Source: Alphaproteobacteria bacterium
GTDB lineage: Bacteria > Pseudomonadota > Alphaproteobacteria > MPNO01 > UBA830
Reading direction: 5' to 3'
Assembly: GCA_964291215.2 (NCBI GenBank)
Contig: OZ219791.1
Span: 2,368,001 to 2,432,000, forward strand
DNA: 64,000 bases
The position numbers and the translations under genes were made by a program. How positions within the stretch are numbered: position 1 is the first letter of the stretch; each line of letters starts with the position of its first letter. This document shows positions 20,894-32,239 of the stretch, in pieces. The notes beneath the pieces are model-generated. The model saw only the letters and a list, made by a program, of their open reading frames with translations, did not search any database and was not told the origin of the DNA.

Positions 20894-21688
20894 ATGTCTG
20901 TCATGCCTGACAGAGACATATGGCTCCTGCCGCTGGTGGTCGCCGGGGCCTGCGCCGCCGGCATGGCGGTGCTGGTCGCCGGTATCGCGCTTGCGCTCGG
21001 CACGACCGGACACGACTGGTACGCGGCCTGGAAGTTCACGCTGGTCGAGGCCATGCTTGGCGTCGGCTTCAGCGACTACGGGATTGTCGATTACCGCACG
21101 GCGGCCGGCGAAGCCATTACTGTAGAACGTTATACACTCGCCCATGTCATGGACGAGGCGTGGTGGGCCCGCAGGCGGATATTCTCCCTGACGGTGGATC
21201 GCGCGGTGCTGTGCGCGTGCACGGGGCTTGCCCTGTTCGGGATGTGGATAGGGGTGGGAGCAGCGGTGCGCCTGCGACGGTTCGTGGGCGGGCGCGGGAC
21301 GGTCGTGGAGCCGGCGCCGCGGGTCCGGCGCGGATACGCGGGCCGGACGGAGCACCCGGACGATTGGAGCGACGGCGAACTGATCGCGGCGCTCGCTCGC
21401 CGGAGCGGCAGGGTCGGCGTGCTGTTGGTGTCCCCTGCCGAGGTCGAGCGGCTGTCGGGGGGCGGCGGCGATGCCGGTCGGTCCGCAATGCATCGGGAAT
21501 CGTTGCCGCCGGCATGGGCGCCGGGCCTGCCGTCGCCGGAGAGCGCGGAACCGGCCGGCGATGCCGCAGTCCCGGCCAAAACGGCCCCCGCCGATCCCGA
21601 AAGCCGCCCGGACAGGACGAAGACGGACAAGGCGCCCGGCGGCAAGGCGGTTGCGCGCAGGCGCGAGCCGGGCGAGCAATTCTACTGA
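20894..21688 (+). CDS. Membrane protein resembling a TraD/coupling-protein N-terminus, without an ATPase domain
   Basis: Two hydrophobic segments; stop overlaps the relaxase ATG (TGATG); no Walker A motif. Confidence 0.45.
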   Translation: MSVMPDRDIWLLPLVVAGACAAGMAVLVAGIALALGTTGHDWYAAWKFTLVEAMLGVGFSDYGIVDYRTAAGEAITVERYTLAHVMDEAWWARRRIFSLTVDRAVLCACTGLALFGMWIGVGAAVRLRRFVGGRGTVVEPAPRVRRGYAGRTEHPDDWSDGELIAALARRSGRVGVLLVSPAEVERLSGGGGDAGRSAMHRESLPPAWAPGLPSPESAEPAGDAAVPAKTAPADPESRPDRTKTDKAPGGKAVARRREPGEQFY

Positions 21689-24624
21689 TGGTCGCCTCGA
21701 TCGGCGCCGTCGCCGCGCCGTCCCAGGGCGTGAGCTACTACGAGAGGGACGGCTATTACGCGAAGGACGATCCCGAGCACCGCGATGCCAGCGCCTGGGC
21801 CGGCAAGGGTGCGAAGGCGTTGGGCCTTTCCGGCCCGGTCGATCCGGACGCCTTCACGGCGATCCTTGAAGGCCGGGTGCCGGACGGCCCGCAACTGGGC
21901 CGTCCCGGCAAGGACGGCGATATCGTCCACCGGCCCGGCCGCGACCTCACCCTCTCGGTCCCGAAATCGGTCTCCCTCGCCGCGCTGGTGGGCGGCGACG
22001 CCCGCGTCGCCGAGGCGCACGGCCGGGCGGTGAAGCGGACTCTTGCCTGGGTCGAAAGGAACGTGATCAAGACCCGGATGAAGGCGCCGAACGGCGGGAG
22101 AATGGTCCGCGCCGGGGACCAGAAGGCGGTGATCGCCACCTTCACCCACGAGACCTCGCGCAACCTCGATCCGCAGCTCCACACCCATGCGGTGATCGCC
22201 AACATGGTGCAGGGCGAGGACGGCAAGTGGCGCACCATGGCCAACGAGAAGCTGTATTCCTCGAAGATGCTGATCGGCGCGCTCTACCGGGGCGAACTTG
22301 CGCGGGAACTTGCCTCGCTCGGCTACGGCATTGAGAAGACCCATACCGACGGGCGGTTCGAGATCGCGGGTGTCTCGCGGGAGGTGATCGATACCTTTTC
22401 CACCCGCCGCGCGGAGATCGAGGCGGCGATGGACGGGCGCGGCCTGGGCACGCCGGCGGAGAACCAGCGCGCCGCCCAGCGCGCGGCGCTGATGACACGG
22501 GCGGCGAAGCGCGATGTCGACCGCGCCGAACTGCGCGAGATGTGGCAGCGCCAGGCGGAGGGGCTGGGCTTCGACGCGAGGGCGCTGACGGCCGACGCGG
22601 TGGCGTGGAGTCACGGCGCCGGGGGTAGGGACCGCGAGGCTGGCAGGGACGCAGCACCGGACGGGGCGGCGGTTCGCCAGGGCGACCTGTTCGATCCCCC
22701 GCCGCAATATCCGGTGGACGCGGCGATGGCCTGGGCGGTGGACCACCTGTCCGAGCGCGAGGCGGTGTTCGCGAAGACCGACCTGCTTGCCGCCGCGCTC
22801 GCCTGGAAACCGGGATCGGTCAGCATCGGAGAAGCCGAGGCCGCCGTTGCGCGACTGGAGAAGGAAGGGACCCTGCATCCATGCGGCCTGCCGGCCTGGG
22901 GCGAATCGCTCACCACCGACAAGGCGGTGGCTGACGAAAAGGAGACCATCGCGCTGATGGAACGTGGCCAGGGTGCCTCGCGCCCCGTGATGCGCAGCTG
23001 GATCGCGGGGCCGCTCCTGCACAAGGGCCGCCTCACCGTGGGCCAGAAGGAAGCGGTGAAGACCATCCTGTCCTCGAAGGACCGGGTGGTCGGCGTGCAG
23101 GGCTATGCCGGCACCGGCAAGACCACCATGCTCGACCGCGCCCGACAGCTTGCCGCCAAGAGCGGCTACCGCACGATCGGCGTCGCGCCGTCCGCCTCGG
23201 CGGCGCGCACATTGGCTGCCGAAGCCGGGATCGAGACCGAGACCCTGCAACGCTTCCTCGCCCGCAATGCCGGCATCGCCGAGGGGCGGCTGACCCGCAA
23301 GGGCGCCAGGGAAATGCGTGCAGCCTTCCGCAAGACCGTGCTGGTGGTCGACGAGGGCTCGCTCGCCTCGACCGTCCAGGCCCGTGACCTGCTGCGGATC
23401 GCCGCCGCCATCCGCATCCCCCGCCTGGTGCTGGTCGGCGACCGGAAGCAGCTCGACGCGGTGGATGCGGGCAAGCCCTTCGCGCAGTTGCAGGCGGCGG
23501 GCATGAAGACGGCGGTCATGGACGAGATCCTGCGCCAGAAGGACGCCGACCTGAAGGAGGCGGTGCGCGCCAGCCTCGCGGGCGAGATCCGTAGGGCCTT
23601 CGGAAAGCTCGGCGACCGCATTGCCGAGGTGAAACCGGACAATCTCGCCGGCGCGGCCGCCGCGCGCTGGCTGAGGCTCTCCGCCCGCGAACGCGAAAAC
23701 ACCGGGCTGATGGCGCCGAGCCATGCGCTCCGCCGGGAGATCAACGGCCACATCCGCGAGCGCCTCGCCCGCGACGGCGTCATCCGCGGCCCCGCTTATC
23801 AAGCCGAGCGGCTGGTCTCCCACGGTTATACAAGTGCCGAGAAGGCAGTCGCGGCGAACTATGCTCCCGGCGATGTCGTCGCCTTCCACCGGGCTTATCG
23901 CAGCCTCGGCGTCGCCAAGGGCGACGAGCGCCGCGTCGCCGGGGTCGATCACCGCAAGGGCACGGTGATGCTGGAGGGGCCGGATAGTCAATCCGTCCCC
24001 TGGCGGCCGCGCCAGGTCGGGGCGAAGCGCGGCGGGGTCGAGGTCTACCGGACCGAGGCCCTGGAGCTCCGCGCCGGCGACCGCATCCGCTGGACCCGCA
24101 ACGACACCGGCCTCGGGCTGGTCAACAGCGACACGGTGGAGGTCATGCGAGTCCATGGTGACCGTGTCGCCTTCCGGCTCGGCGACGGCCGGACGCTGGA
24201 ACTCGGCAAGAGCGACCCGCAGCTGCGCCATCTCGACCATGCCTGGGCCTCGACCGTGCATGCATTTCAGGGGCGCACCGTCGATAACGTGATCGCGGTG
24301 ATGGAGGCGAAACACCCGAAACTGTCGACGCAGAAGAGCTTCTACGTCGAGATCAGCCGCGCCCGCCACAATGCGACGCTGGTCACGGACGATGCGAAAA
24401 CGCTCCGCGAGACCCTGGAAGTAGCCACCGGCGAGCGGATCTCAGCGCTTGAAGGGATCGGCGTGGCGGCAGCACTGACGCGCGCAGAGGAGAAATCGGC
24501 TGAACGCGAACGGACGCCGCAAGTAACGCCGCCGATGCGTCCGGGACAGAAAGAACGCGACGACGGGCCGGAGAATGCGCCCGCGCCAAGGCAGAAATCC
24601 GTGGAGATGGAACTCGGCATGTAG
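21688..24624 (+). CDS. MOBF (TrwC/TraI-type) relaxase-helicase
   Basis: True start ATG 21688: 'MVASIGAV..SYYERDGYY', 'DLTLSVPKSVS', 'HETSRNLDPQLHTHAV', 'GYAGTGKTT', 'VVDEGS', 'STVHAFQGRT', 'FYVEISRAR'. Confidence 0.95.
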   Translation: MVASIGAVAAPSQGVSYYERDGYYAKDDPEHRDASAWAGKGAKALGLSGPVDPDAFTAILEGRVPDGPQLGRPGKDGDIVHRPGRDLTLSVPKSVSLAALVGGDARVAEAHGRAVKRTLAWVERNVIKTRMKAPNGGRMVRAGDQKAVIATFTHETSRNLDPQLHTHAVIANMVQGEDGKWRTMANEKLYSSKMLIGALYRGELARELASLGYGIEKTHTDGRFEIAGVSREVIDTFSTRRAEIEAAMDGRGLGTPAENQRAAQRAALMTRAAKRDVDRAELREMWQRQAEGLGFDARALTADAVAWSHGAGGRDREAGRDAAPDGAAVRQGDLFDPPPQYPVDAAMAWAVDHLSEREAVFAKTDLLAAALAWKPGSVSIGEAEAAVARLEKEGTLHPCGLPAWGESLTTDKAVADEKETIALMERGQGASRPVMRSWIAGPLLHKGRLTVGQKEAVKTILSSKDRVVGVQGYAGTGKTTMLDRARQLAAKSGYRTIGVAPSASAARTLAAEAGIETETLQRFLARNAGIAEGRLTRKGAREMRAAFRKTVLVVDEGSLASTVQARDLLRIAAAIRIPRLVLVGDRKQLDAVDAGKPFAQLQAAGMKTAVMDEILRQKDADLKEAVRASLAGEIRRAFGKLGDRIAEVKPDNLAGAAAARWLRLSARERENTGLMAPSHALRREINGHIRERLARDGVIRGPAYQAERLVSHGYTSAEKAVAANYAPGDVVAFHRAYRSLGVAKGDERRVAGVDHRKGTVMLEGPDSQSVPWRPRQVGAKRGGVEVYRTEALELRAGDRIRWTRNDTGLGLVNSDTVEVMRVHGDRVAFRLGDGRTLELGKSDPQLRHLDHAWASTVHAFQGRTVDNVIAVMEAKHPKLSTQKSFYVEISRARHNATLVTDDAKTLRETLEVATGERISALEGIGVAAALTRAEEKSAERERTPQVTPPMRPGQKERDDGPENAPAPRQKSVEMELGM

Positions 24625-24720
24625 TCGGCACGGCTCCCGGCCATCCGAGCAGCCGTATTGATGAGCCGTCCACTGGAACTTCAATCCGCCACCAAGTTGA
24701 AATCCGGGTAACTCTCCCGC

Positions 24721-27700
24721 TTACGTTTCAATTCCCATCCAGCATAGCAAGTCTATGTCGTCTCGCTGGATCGGAGGGAGCGGTTCCGGCGGTCTTGCCG
24801 CCTCCAGCCCGGTCGCATGTATCTGCTCGATCAGAAACCGTGAATGAGCGGCGCCAGCATGGTCCGTGTTTTCAAACCACTCGCGTAACAGGATCTCCTC
24901 TCGCCTGGGCCACGGCGCTTCAAGAATATCGACGGCCCCGTCGATCCGGGAGGCAGTCATGTCGGGAGGCGGGTTTTCGCGGATAAACGCGGCAACACGG
25001 TGATTGAGCGGCCTCACCTTCGGCTGCAGGTTGATCGGGTCGGTGCTCCACGTCCACTCGGAATGGATATCCGCCTGTGCGACGGCCCAGAAATCATAAA
25101 CGCGCTCCTGCAGGCTATCCGGAAACCAGACCGGCGTATCCGCTTCGCACTCGATCAACCGCAGACAGGTGCCGATCTCACGGATCACCGATCCTGCCTG
25201 GTCCGAGACGTCCCAGTCCTTGTCCGCCGGCACAAAACGCAGGAAGGTGCGCTCGCCGACAACGGCACAGAAAAAGACGCCCCGGCGTTCGCCCTTCACC
25301 ATGCCCGATCCGATCTTCCACGGGAGACCGATAATGCTCTGGCGATCCTCTTGCAGCGCCTTGCGAAGCGTCTGGCGGTATTCTTCGCCGCTTTGCGCCG
25401 CGCCCGGTGTGGCGCCCCGCTCATAGAGGGAGGCATCCTCCTTCAAGAGCTTCTCGATCTCGTCCCTCGTCTCCGCGAAGACCTGCCGCCCGTGCGCTGC
25501 ACCCTCGATGGGAGCCTCGACACCGACGCTGGCCGCCGCCATGGCCAGCTTGTCGAGGATCCGCTGTTCCAGTTTGAGAAGCCGATCCAGGCGGTCGGCC
25601 GGGAAGATCGTGCGCAGGAACACGCGGTCGTGCGGGCTGCCTATGCGGTCGATGCGCCCGTGCCGCTGCACCAGGCGCATCGGGTTCCAGGGCATATCGA
25701 AATTGACGATGTGCCGGCATTGCTGGAGGTTGACGCCTTCGGCCAGAACATCGGTGGAGATCAGAAGGTCGTACATGTCGGCGTCCCGGCCAGCAGGTGC
25801 CTCCATCGAGACCGGCGCAAAGCCCTGCACAGCCTGTTGCCGGGAGACTTCGGCCAGCTCTCCCGATCCGCTGACGGCGACCATACGCCCGCGATAGGAG
25901 ACAATTTCAGGTTTGCGGTCGAATTCCTCTTCAAGGAAGTTCCGTATCCATTCGACGGTATCCTCGAAGAACGAGAAAACCAGCACCTTGCGTTTCTGTG
26001 CTTCGTCGATGCCGTCGGTTGCCTCGCTTTCAGCTTGAAGCGCGATCGCAACCAGGGCGTCCGCCAGCGCCCTGAGTTTCGGATCCCGGTCTGGCGCGAT
26101 TTCGGCTGCCCGGCCTGCAAGCGCCCGCAACAGGTCCCGGTCGTGCTCAACATCGCGGCGCAGGCGCTCAACATCATAGAGGGCAGCTTCGGTTCGGTGT
26201 TCGGTTCCCAAAAGGACATCCTCGAATACCGCCTCGTCATCGGCAGAAAGTTCCTTCATGAACGCGGTGGTGACCACGTAGCCGGCATCCAGAGCGTCGA
26301 GGAACGCCCCGTGCTCTTCCGCCATCTTCGCCGCGGTCTTGCGGAAGGCGAAGGCCGAGGATTCAAAGCGTTTCAGGAGACCGGAACGCAAAAGCCCCGC
26401 AAGCGCCCGCGCCCGGGCCTCCTCCTCGGGCTCGGCGCCTTCGCGCAGATAGAGGTCAGGCATGTAGCGGGAGAAGGCGATCGCATCGGGGCTCTCCGGA
26501 TCGAGGGCCGCCTCCAGCCGGTCGAAGAAGCCCGGCAGCATTTCGTCGAGGTTGTAGCGGACGCTGACGGCCTGAGGCGCCGGGAACACGATCGGCGTCG
26601 GAGCGCCGTCCGGGCCGGTAATGTTGTCGCCCGCATAGTGTCTTCTGACGAACTCGCGGGTTCGTTTGACCGTGGTGGCGTCGATGATCGGATAGAGCAG
26701 GTCCGGGTTGAGGTTCGCCGGATCCTCACGCATGGCGGCCACGAACCGCTGTCGGATCGAAGTGATGCCCCTGTCAGCGAAGTGGGCATCCTGGCGAACG
26801 AAGAAACGGACAAGGTGGAAAAGGTCCCAGAGCGAGTTGTTCACCGGCGTCGCCGTCATCAGGAGCAGGTCGCGCCGCTGGCCGAACATCAGCCGTCTCA
26901 GCGCCGCCGCGCGGGTCGGCGCATCGGGGTTGCGGTAGTTGTGCGCCTCGTCGACGATTACAAGCTGGTATTCGTCCAAGGGCCGCCGTAGTTTTTGCTG
27001 GTTGGCGTTTGGTCGCTGGGCATCACGTAACTGTTCATCGCTCGCCAGTTCCTCAAAGGAAAGGCATTCGACAAACAGCTGGAACCGGGTCAGGAATTGT
27101 CTCCAGGTGCTGTCGCGCAATGAGGCCGGACAAATGAGCAAGGCCCGTTGTCGGCACTCACGGTAGATCTGCAGTATTTCGCCGGCAATGAAGGTCTTCC
27201 CGAGCCCCACCTCGTCGGCGACGATCGCGCCGCCGGTTTCCCGGATCAGGCGCAAGGCCCGCGCCACGCCGTGTTTCTGAAAGCTGGTAAGGGGCAGGTC
27301 GCCGTCGCTTCCAGCGTCCTCCTCGACCTCCTGGCCGTAGAGTTGCCACAGTACCCGAATGAAAATCTCCCAGGGCGTGCATGGCCGCAGCGCTTCCTCG
27401 AATATGGCGGCGAGGTCGTAGGGTTCGGCCTCCTCCCAGAGATGGTCGAACCACTGTCTCGCCTGCCCGGCAACCGGACGGGCGCAATGACCGAGATTCA
27501 ACTCCAGATTGCCGGTGAGCCCGGCGCTGGTGAGGTTCGACGAGCCGGCAATGATCCCTTCGGGCCCGGCAACGGCTTCGTTTGCTGAAGTGAAGATATA
27601 GGCCTTGGCGTGCAGGAATGCCTGCTCGTAGCGCCGGACCTCCATATTCCCGGCCTGCAGCGCCGCGATCAGCTTGCGCAGCGCCGCTCCGCTGGCCCGC

Positions 27701-28059
27701 GTGAATGGCAGACGGTCCCGCTCCCACAGCAGGGCCTCCTCCATGCGGTTAAGCCCGGTCCGCAGGCGTCGGTGTTCGAAGGCCGACCCGGTCTCGTTCA
27801 GGTGCCGGCGTTCCGGCGGCGTGCGCGCCGCCATGTCCGCCCCCAGCATCAGACGAACCGTGGGGACCCGCCTCAGCCGGTCGGCAATGTGGGCGAAGCC
27901 GGCAGGGCTGAAGAAGGCCGTGGCGATGCGCACCTCGTCGGGTGGTATGTCTACTTCAGCCAAGGCGTGCTCACCGGCCTGCATGCCCCCCAGCACCTGA
28001 TTCAATGCGTGTGCGAGCGTGTTGCCGTCCTGGTTGTCGATGAACTGCGGGTCGGACAT
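24721..28059 (-). CDS. PLD-domain SNF2-family helicase
   Basis: 'FLHAKAYIF..GSSNLT' (HKD-type PLD), 'ADEVGLGKT', 'VDEAHNYRN', 'TATPVNN', 'STDVLAEGVNLQ', 'QRHGRIDRIG'. Confidence 0.92.
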   Translation of the reverse strand: MSDPQFIDNQDGNTLAHALNQVLGGMQAGEHALAEVDIPPDEVRIATAFFSPAGFAHIADRLRRVPTVRLMLGADMAARTPPERRHLNETGSAFEHRRLRTGLNRMEEALLWERDRLPFTRASGAALRKLIAALQAGNMEVRRYEQAFLHAKAYIFTSANEAVAGPEGIIAGSSNLTSAGLTGNLELNLGHCARPVAGQARQWFDHLWEEAEPYDLAAIFEEALRPCTPWEIFIRVLWQLYGQEVEEDAGSDGDLPLTSFQKHGVARALRLIRETGGAIVADEVGLGKTFIAGEILQIYRECRQRALLICPASLRDSTWRQFLTRFQLFVECLSFEELASDEQLRDAQRPNANQQKLRRPLDEYQLVIVDEAHNYRNPDAPTRAAALRRLMFGQRRDLLLMTATPVNNSLWDLFHLVRFFVRQDAHFADRGITSIRQRFVAAMREDPANLNPDLLYPIIDATTVKRTREFVRRHYAGDNITGPDGAPTPIVFPAPQAVSVRYNLDEMLPGFFDRLEAALDPESPDAIAFSRYMPDLYLREGAEPEEEARARALAGLLRSGLLKRFESSAFAFRKTAAKMAEEHGAFLDALDAGYVVTTAFMKELSADDEAVFEDVLLGTEHRTEAALYDVERLRRDVEHDRDLLRALAGRAAEIAPDRDPKLRALADALVAIALQAESEATDGIDEAQKRKVLVFSFFEDTVEWIRNFLEEEFDRKPEIVSYRGRMVAVSGSGELAEVSRQQAVQGFAPVSMEAPAGRDADMYDLLISTDVLAEGVNLQQCRHIVNFDMPWNPMRLVQRHGRIDRIGSPHDRVFLRTIFPADRLDRLLKLEQRILDKLAMAAASVGVEAPIEGAAHGRQVFAETRDEIEKLLKEDASLYERGATPGAAQSGEEYRQTLRKALQEDRQSIIGLPWKIGSGMVKGERRGVFFCAVVGERTFLRFVPADKDWDVSDQAGSVIREIGTCLRLIECEADTPVWFPDSLQERVYDFWAVAQADIHSEWTWSTDPINLQPKVRPLNHRVAAFIRENPPPDMTASRIDGAVDILEAPWPRREEILLREWFENTDHAGAAHSRFLIEQIHATGLEAARPPEPLPPIQRDDIDLLCWMGIET

Positions 28060-31000
28060 TCAGCGCGTCCCGGCCCAGGAACGGTAATGACGCAGCACTG
28101 CGTCCAGGCGGCACTGGTAGTTCCAGCCGTCGTGGAAGGTCTCGAAGACATGAACGAGCTGGGATTCGCTCAACCCGTAGAGATGCGCGGCCACGGCATC
28201 AAGCTCGTGGATCATGTCGTTCTTCTCGTCGGCGGCCAGCGGTCCCCATTCAACGCCGACGGCTTCCGCCCAGCCGGCAAAGCGGTCGTCGGGGCACGCC
28301 AGACGCCCGGCGACTGCGACCACACGTTTCCACCTCGTACAGTCGCGCGGCGGGCGCGGGATGGGGAACGGATTGAAGACGAAATAGTTGACGTGAGTCT
28401 CAACAAAGCGGCGCGCATACCAGTCGAGCGGAATGGAGGAAAGCACGCCGAGAAGGAACGCTTGATCTTGTTTGTCACCGCGAGGCCAGAGCAAATAAGG
28501 TGCTTGGTTGGCGATGAACACCTTCGGAGGAATCAGGCAAGCGATGATGGTTCTGCCATCCGTTGCCCTCGCCACATCGCGGAACGCGATCCGGGGGGCA
28601 AAACACGGCAAGGTTGAACGGTCGCGACGATATTCGGCGTCGAACTCTCGATGAGGGCTGTCGCCTTTCCGGTTTCCGGCTCGTATCCGTTTCCCCAAAA
28701 TCCATTCGATGGCAGGCTCCGGATCGGCCCAAGCGTAATAGATCCCGGTATCCGGGTTCCAGAGATCGAAGGACTCGCCCTTGTAAACCGGCCAGTAGCC
28801 GTCCGCACGATCTTTGCCCGCGAAGGTCATCAGCGGCTTTTGCGCGGTAGCGTGGAGTTCGGTATCCGGCCGGGCGCGCCATTGCGGGCAGTCCGGTCGA
28901 ACGTCATGAGCGCCTTCTGCTGAGTGGCGTCCATTTCCCGGTCGGGACGGGCTCGCCACGTTACCCCCCCCCCCCCGTTCCTGTAATGTTCACATCAAGG
29001 CGCGGAGCCCTGCGGATCTGGGCAAAAACCTCGATGGAATCAGGCTTCGGGAGTAACGGAAGGGACGCGGTGTCGTTCCAGTCCAGGATCTCCTCACGGT
29101 CGAATGCGGCTGCGGTCTGCATGACCCCATCCCGGAAGGAAGGCAGGGAAGCGAAGGGGCCGCGCAAACGGACCGCTTTCTCTTTCGGAGCACCGAGCGC
29201 AATGCAGAGGAGGCCGATGGTGTATTGGGGTGTCACGTTTTCAAACACCCAACCCCGCCGATTCTTCAATGTCACAACATCCATATACGCTGCTTGTTCG
29301 AAAAGCGATTGGCGAAACTCGGTCGACCCCTTGGCGGCCAGCGCACTGCGAGGAAGGACAACACCGATGCGCCCGCCGTCCGCCGCGGTCAGATGCCAGA
29401 AACGCCAACAAAAGGCCTTGTACAGATCGGGGTCGCCGGTCCCCATGCCGGGGTAACCGCCTCCGACCAGGACCTTGCGTACACGGTCCGTCTCGGCGCG
29501 CTCGGCCTCGTACGCCGCGACCAGATCGGGCCTTGCTCCCCGCAACCGCGCCTGTTCCGCTTCGCGCGCCTGGGACGAAAGCCCCCGCAAGCCGGGGAAA
29601 TGACGGGCCCAGAACGCATGCTTTTCAAGCGTCGCTTCCTGCCACGGCGGGTTGCCCAGAATTACATCGAAGCCGGGGCGGTTGCGCAGAAACACTTCCG
29701 GGAAAGCAACCGGGAAATGCAGCGGATGAAGATCGGCAAGTTCCTGGCGTGCGGAGCGAACCGTTCCGTGCGTCTCGAAATCTTCCTTCAGGTCATCCCA
29801 TCGCTCGAAACCGAATCCTACGACTTTTTCGTCAGAGGAGACCGGCGCAGCGGTAATCAGGTCGCAGAGAGCCTCCGTCTGTCCAATTGCCCGGTGCGCC
29901 TCCTGCATGGCCTCGCGGGCGGCTGCAATATCCTGCAGTGTAGCGTCGTTGAGATTGGCAAGCCGTTTGAGGGGTTTTGCCGCTTCCCCCAGCAGGCTTT
30001 CGGCGTCGACCGCAAACAATGTCCCGGCCGCCCTCTCAAACTTCTTCCGGATGTCATCGATCGTGCCGACGCCGACCAGGGCATTGCCGTGAACCAGCGT
30101 GTGGTCGAGCACCGACAGCGGAAGTCCCGGGACAAATGTATGGATCCAGACGGCCAATCTGGCGAGTTGTACGGACAGCGGGTTGAGGTCAACACCGTAA
30201 ACGCAGCGGCGTGCGATCATGCGCCTGAGAAGCTGACCGTCCTCGATGGTTGCCGCTTCGGCCAGTTCGCCGAGTTCCCCAAGCGCAACCCCCCGCAGTT
30301 TGGCCAGTTCCCGACGGACGCCCGGCAGGTCGTGATTCGTAAGATAATCCGCCATGCCCTTCTCGATCCGGTCTATGGCCGCAATCAGGAAATGGCCCGA
30401 GCCCATGGCGATATCCGCCACCCGGAAATCGAAAAACGCCTCCGCTGCTCCGGTATCGTCCATGGCGTCCAACCGGGAGAAATGCTCGGCAAGCGCCGGT
30501 TCCAGCGCCCCGTCCAGCAGATGCTCGACCGCAAACGGCTTGGTGTAGTAACCGCCAGACGATTTGCGCGCGCCGGACCGGTTGTGGAGATAAACCTCTC
30601 CCTTCTTCACCGTGACCGTCGAGCCCGGTCGGGCAGGGAGATAAACACCCTTGTTGTCCAGCGCGAGGTCGCTTGCGGCCAGAGCCAGCTCGGACTCCAG
30701 CAGGCCTTCGTAAATCGTGCCGAACTCGCGCACGCCGAGAGACCGGAAATCGACAGGCCCCGGCGTACCCTCCGGGGTCTCGATGACGAGCAGCGCTCGC
30801 AGCGCCACCTCGAAGACCGCATTCGGCAGGTCGAGCTTCGCCAGATCGGCACCGGCGTGCGATACGTCAGGATTGTCGCTGAACAGGCCGCCATTGTAGG
30901 CGGGCACGCCCCATTCCCCATTTCCGGCGGCCACTGCCTGCCACAGCAGGGTGACTTCCTGCCAGTGCGAGCTTCCCTGGGCGATCTCAATGCCCTTGAT

Positions 31001-32239
31001 CACACATTCGGCGAGTTCCTGCGCCTTCTGCTTCAGCGACCGGCGACGGTAGGCTTCGCTGGATCTGTAGGGCAGCAGATCACGGTCCTCGGCATAGGCG
31101 ATGAACAGCAGACGGAACAGGACCGTCAACGCCATCTCATAGGTGCGTTCCAGCTCAGCCGGGCCGGGATTGTCGAGATTTCGCGCCGCGGCGATTCCTT
31201 TCGCCAGAACCGGCACAACTTCATCGTAGATCCGTTCTCTCAGGCGCGAGGCCAGGTCTCCGGCGAAGCGGCGCGAATTGTCGAGGATCTCATCGAGGCT
31301 GCCTTGCGGCGCCAAAGCGTCGGCGGAGAAGAGCAGCCAGAGACAGGGCAACTGCCCGTCCGGCAGCAGCGCAGGCTGGCACTCGACATAGGTCTTGGTC
31401 CGTCCACGCCGCCCCACGCCGGCCTGGACCGTCGTGGAATAGAGACGAAGACGGTTGCCCTGGACCAGTATGACCCAAGTCAGATTCTCGGCGTCCGCCT
31501 TGGCGAGGGCGTAACTCACCGGAGACAGATTGTTGAAGCGCGCCGCCCCGGCTTCGGGCACTTCCGTCTCGCGCAGCATCACGGCCAAGGCTGTACGCCC
31601 GTGCCGACTCCGCAGCAGGTCGGTCAGGTTGTCGAGCCGCTCGATCTGGAAACCGAGCGCCATAATCAGGTCCCGACCGCTCTTCCCCAGCGTGGCTCGG
31701 GCCTTCCAGCCGGCGTCGGGCCAATCGGGGCGTTCGGGCACGCCATGCTGCAGCTCGTGCAGGGTAAGAAGGCCCTCATTGGCTATCCCCGGCAGGGCGG
31801 TGTCGAGCGACGGCAGGGCTTGGGCGAGAAACCTCAGCGCGGCATGCCGGTTCGGTTGTCCGAGAACCTCATGGCAGAGCCGTTCCAACTGCCCGGGATC
31901 GATTTCGGAATAAACGGGAGGGTCTTCCCCGGAGGCGCCGCACAGCGCCGCGCCGCCCGGATGCAGGACGACCAGGAGCACCGGGGCCGGACGGCCTGCC
32001 CTGCGGGCCTTCCAGGTTCCCAACAGAGCCATCCTGTTCGGCGAAGATGCCGACCTCGCAACCGCGACCTCGACCGCATGGGGGCCTTGGCCGAGGAACA
32101 GCCCTTCGGGGCGAAAGCCGAATTTCGCCCCCGGCGACCACGGACGCCTTGTCTTGCCGTCGAGGAATCCTGCTTCGGCTGCCACAGTACCTCCTCTATA
32201 TTCCCGTCGCCAACCCTGCTTCCCGGATAAGGCTGTCAC
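28060..32239 (-). CDS. Type IIG/Eco57I-like N6-adenine methyltransferase (R-M) gene, out of frame at a G13 tract (28964-28976)
   Basis: 'RKSSGGYYT', 'DIAMGSGHFL', 'YGVDLNP', 'FDVILGNPPW'; the C-terminal TRD part ('RIAFRDVARATDGRTIIA..SSIPLDW..ELDA..AHLYGL') lies in another frame at 28060-28959. Confidence 0.88.

Noticed and set aside
20920-21687. 256-aa N-terminal extension of the 1234-aa relaxase ORF
   Set aside because: MOBF relaxases begin at the M-x-S-I motif (21688); the extension overlaps the upstream gene and is Arg/Gly-rich noise.
21682-32230. Very long antisense ORFs (21682-24369, 25000-26991, 29225-32230)
   Set aside because: Typical high-GC mirror frames of the relaxase, helicase and MTase; no motifs.
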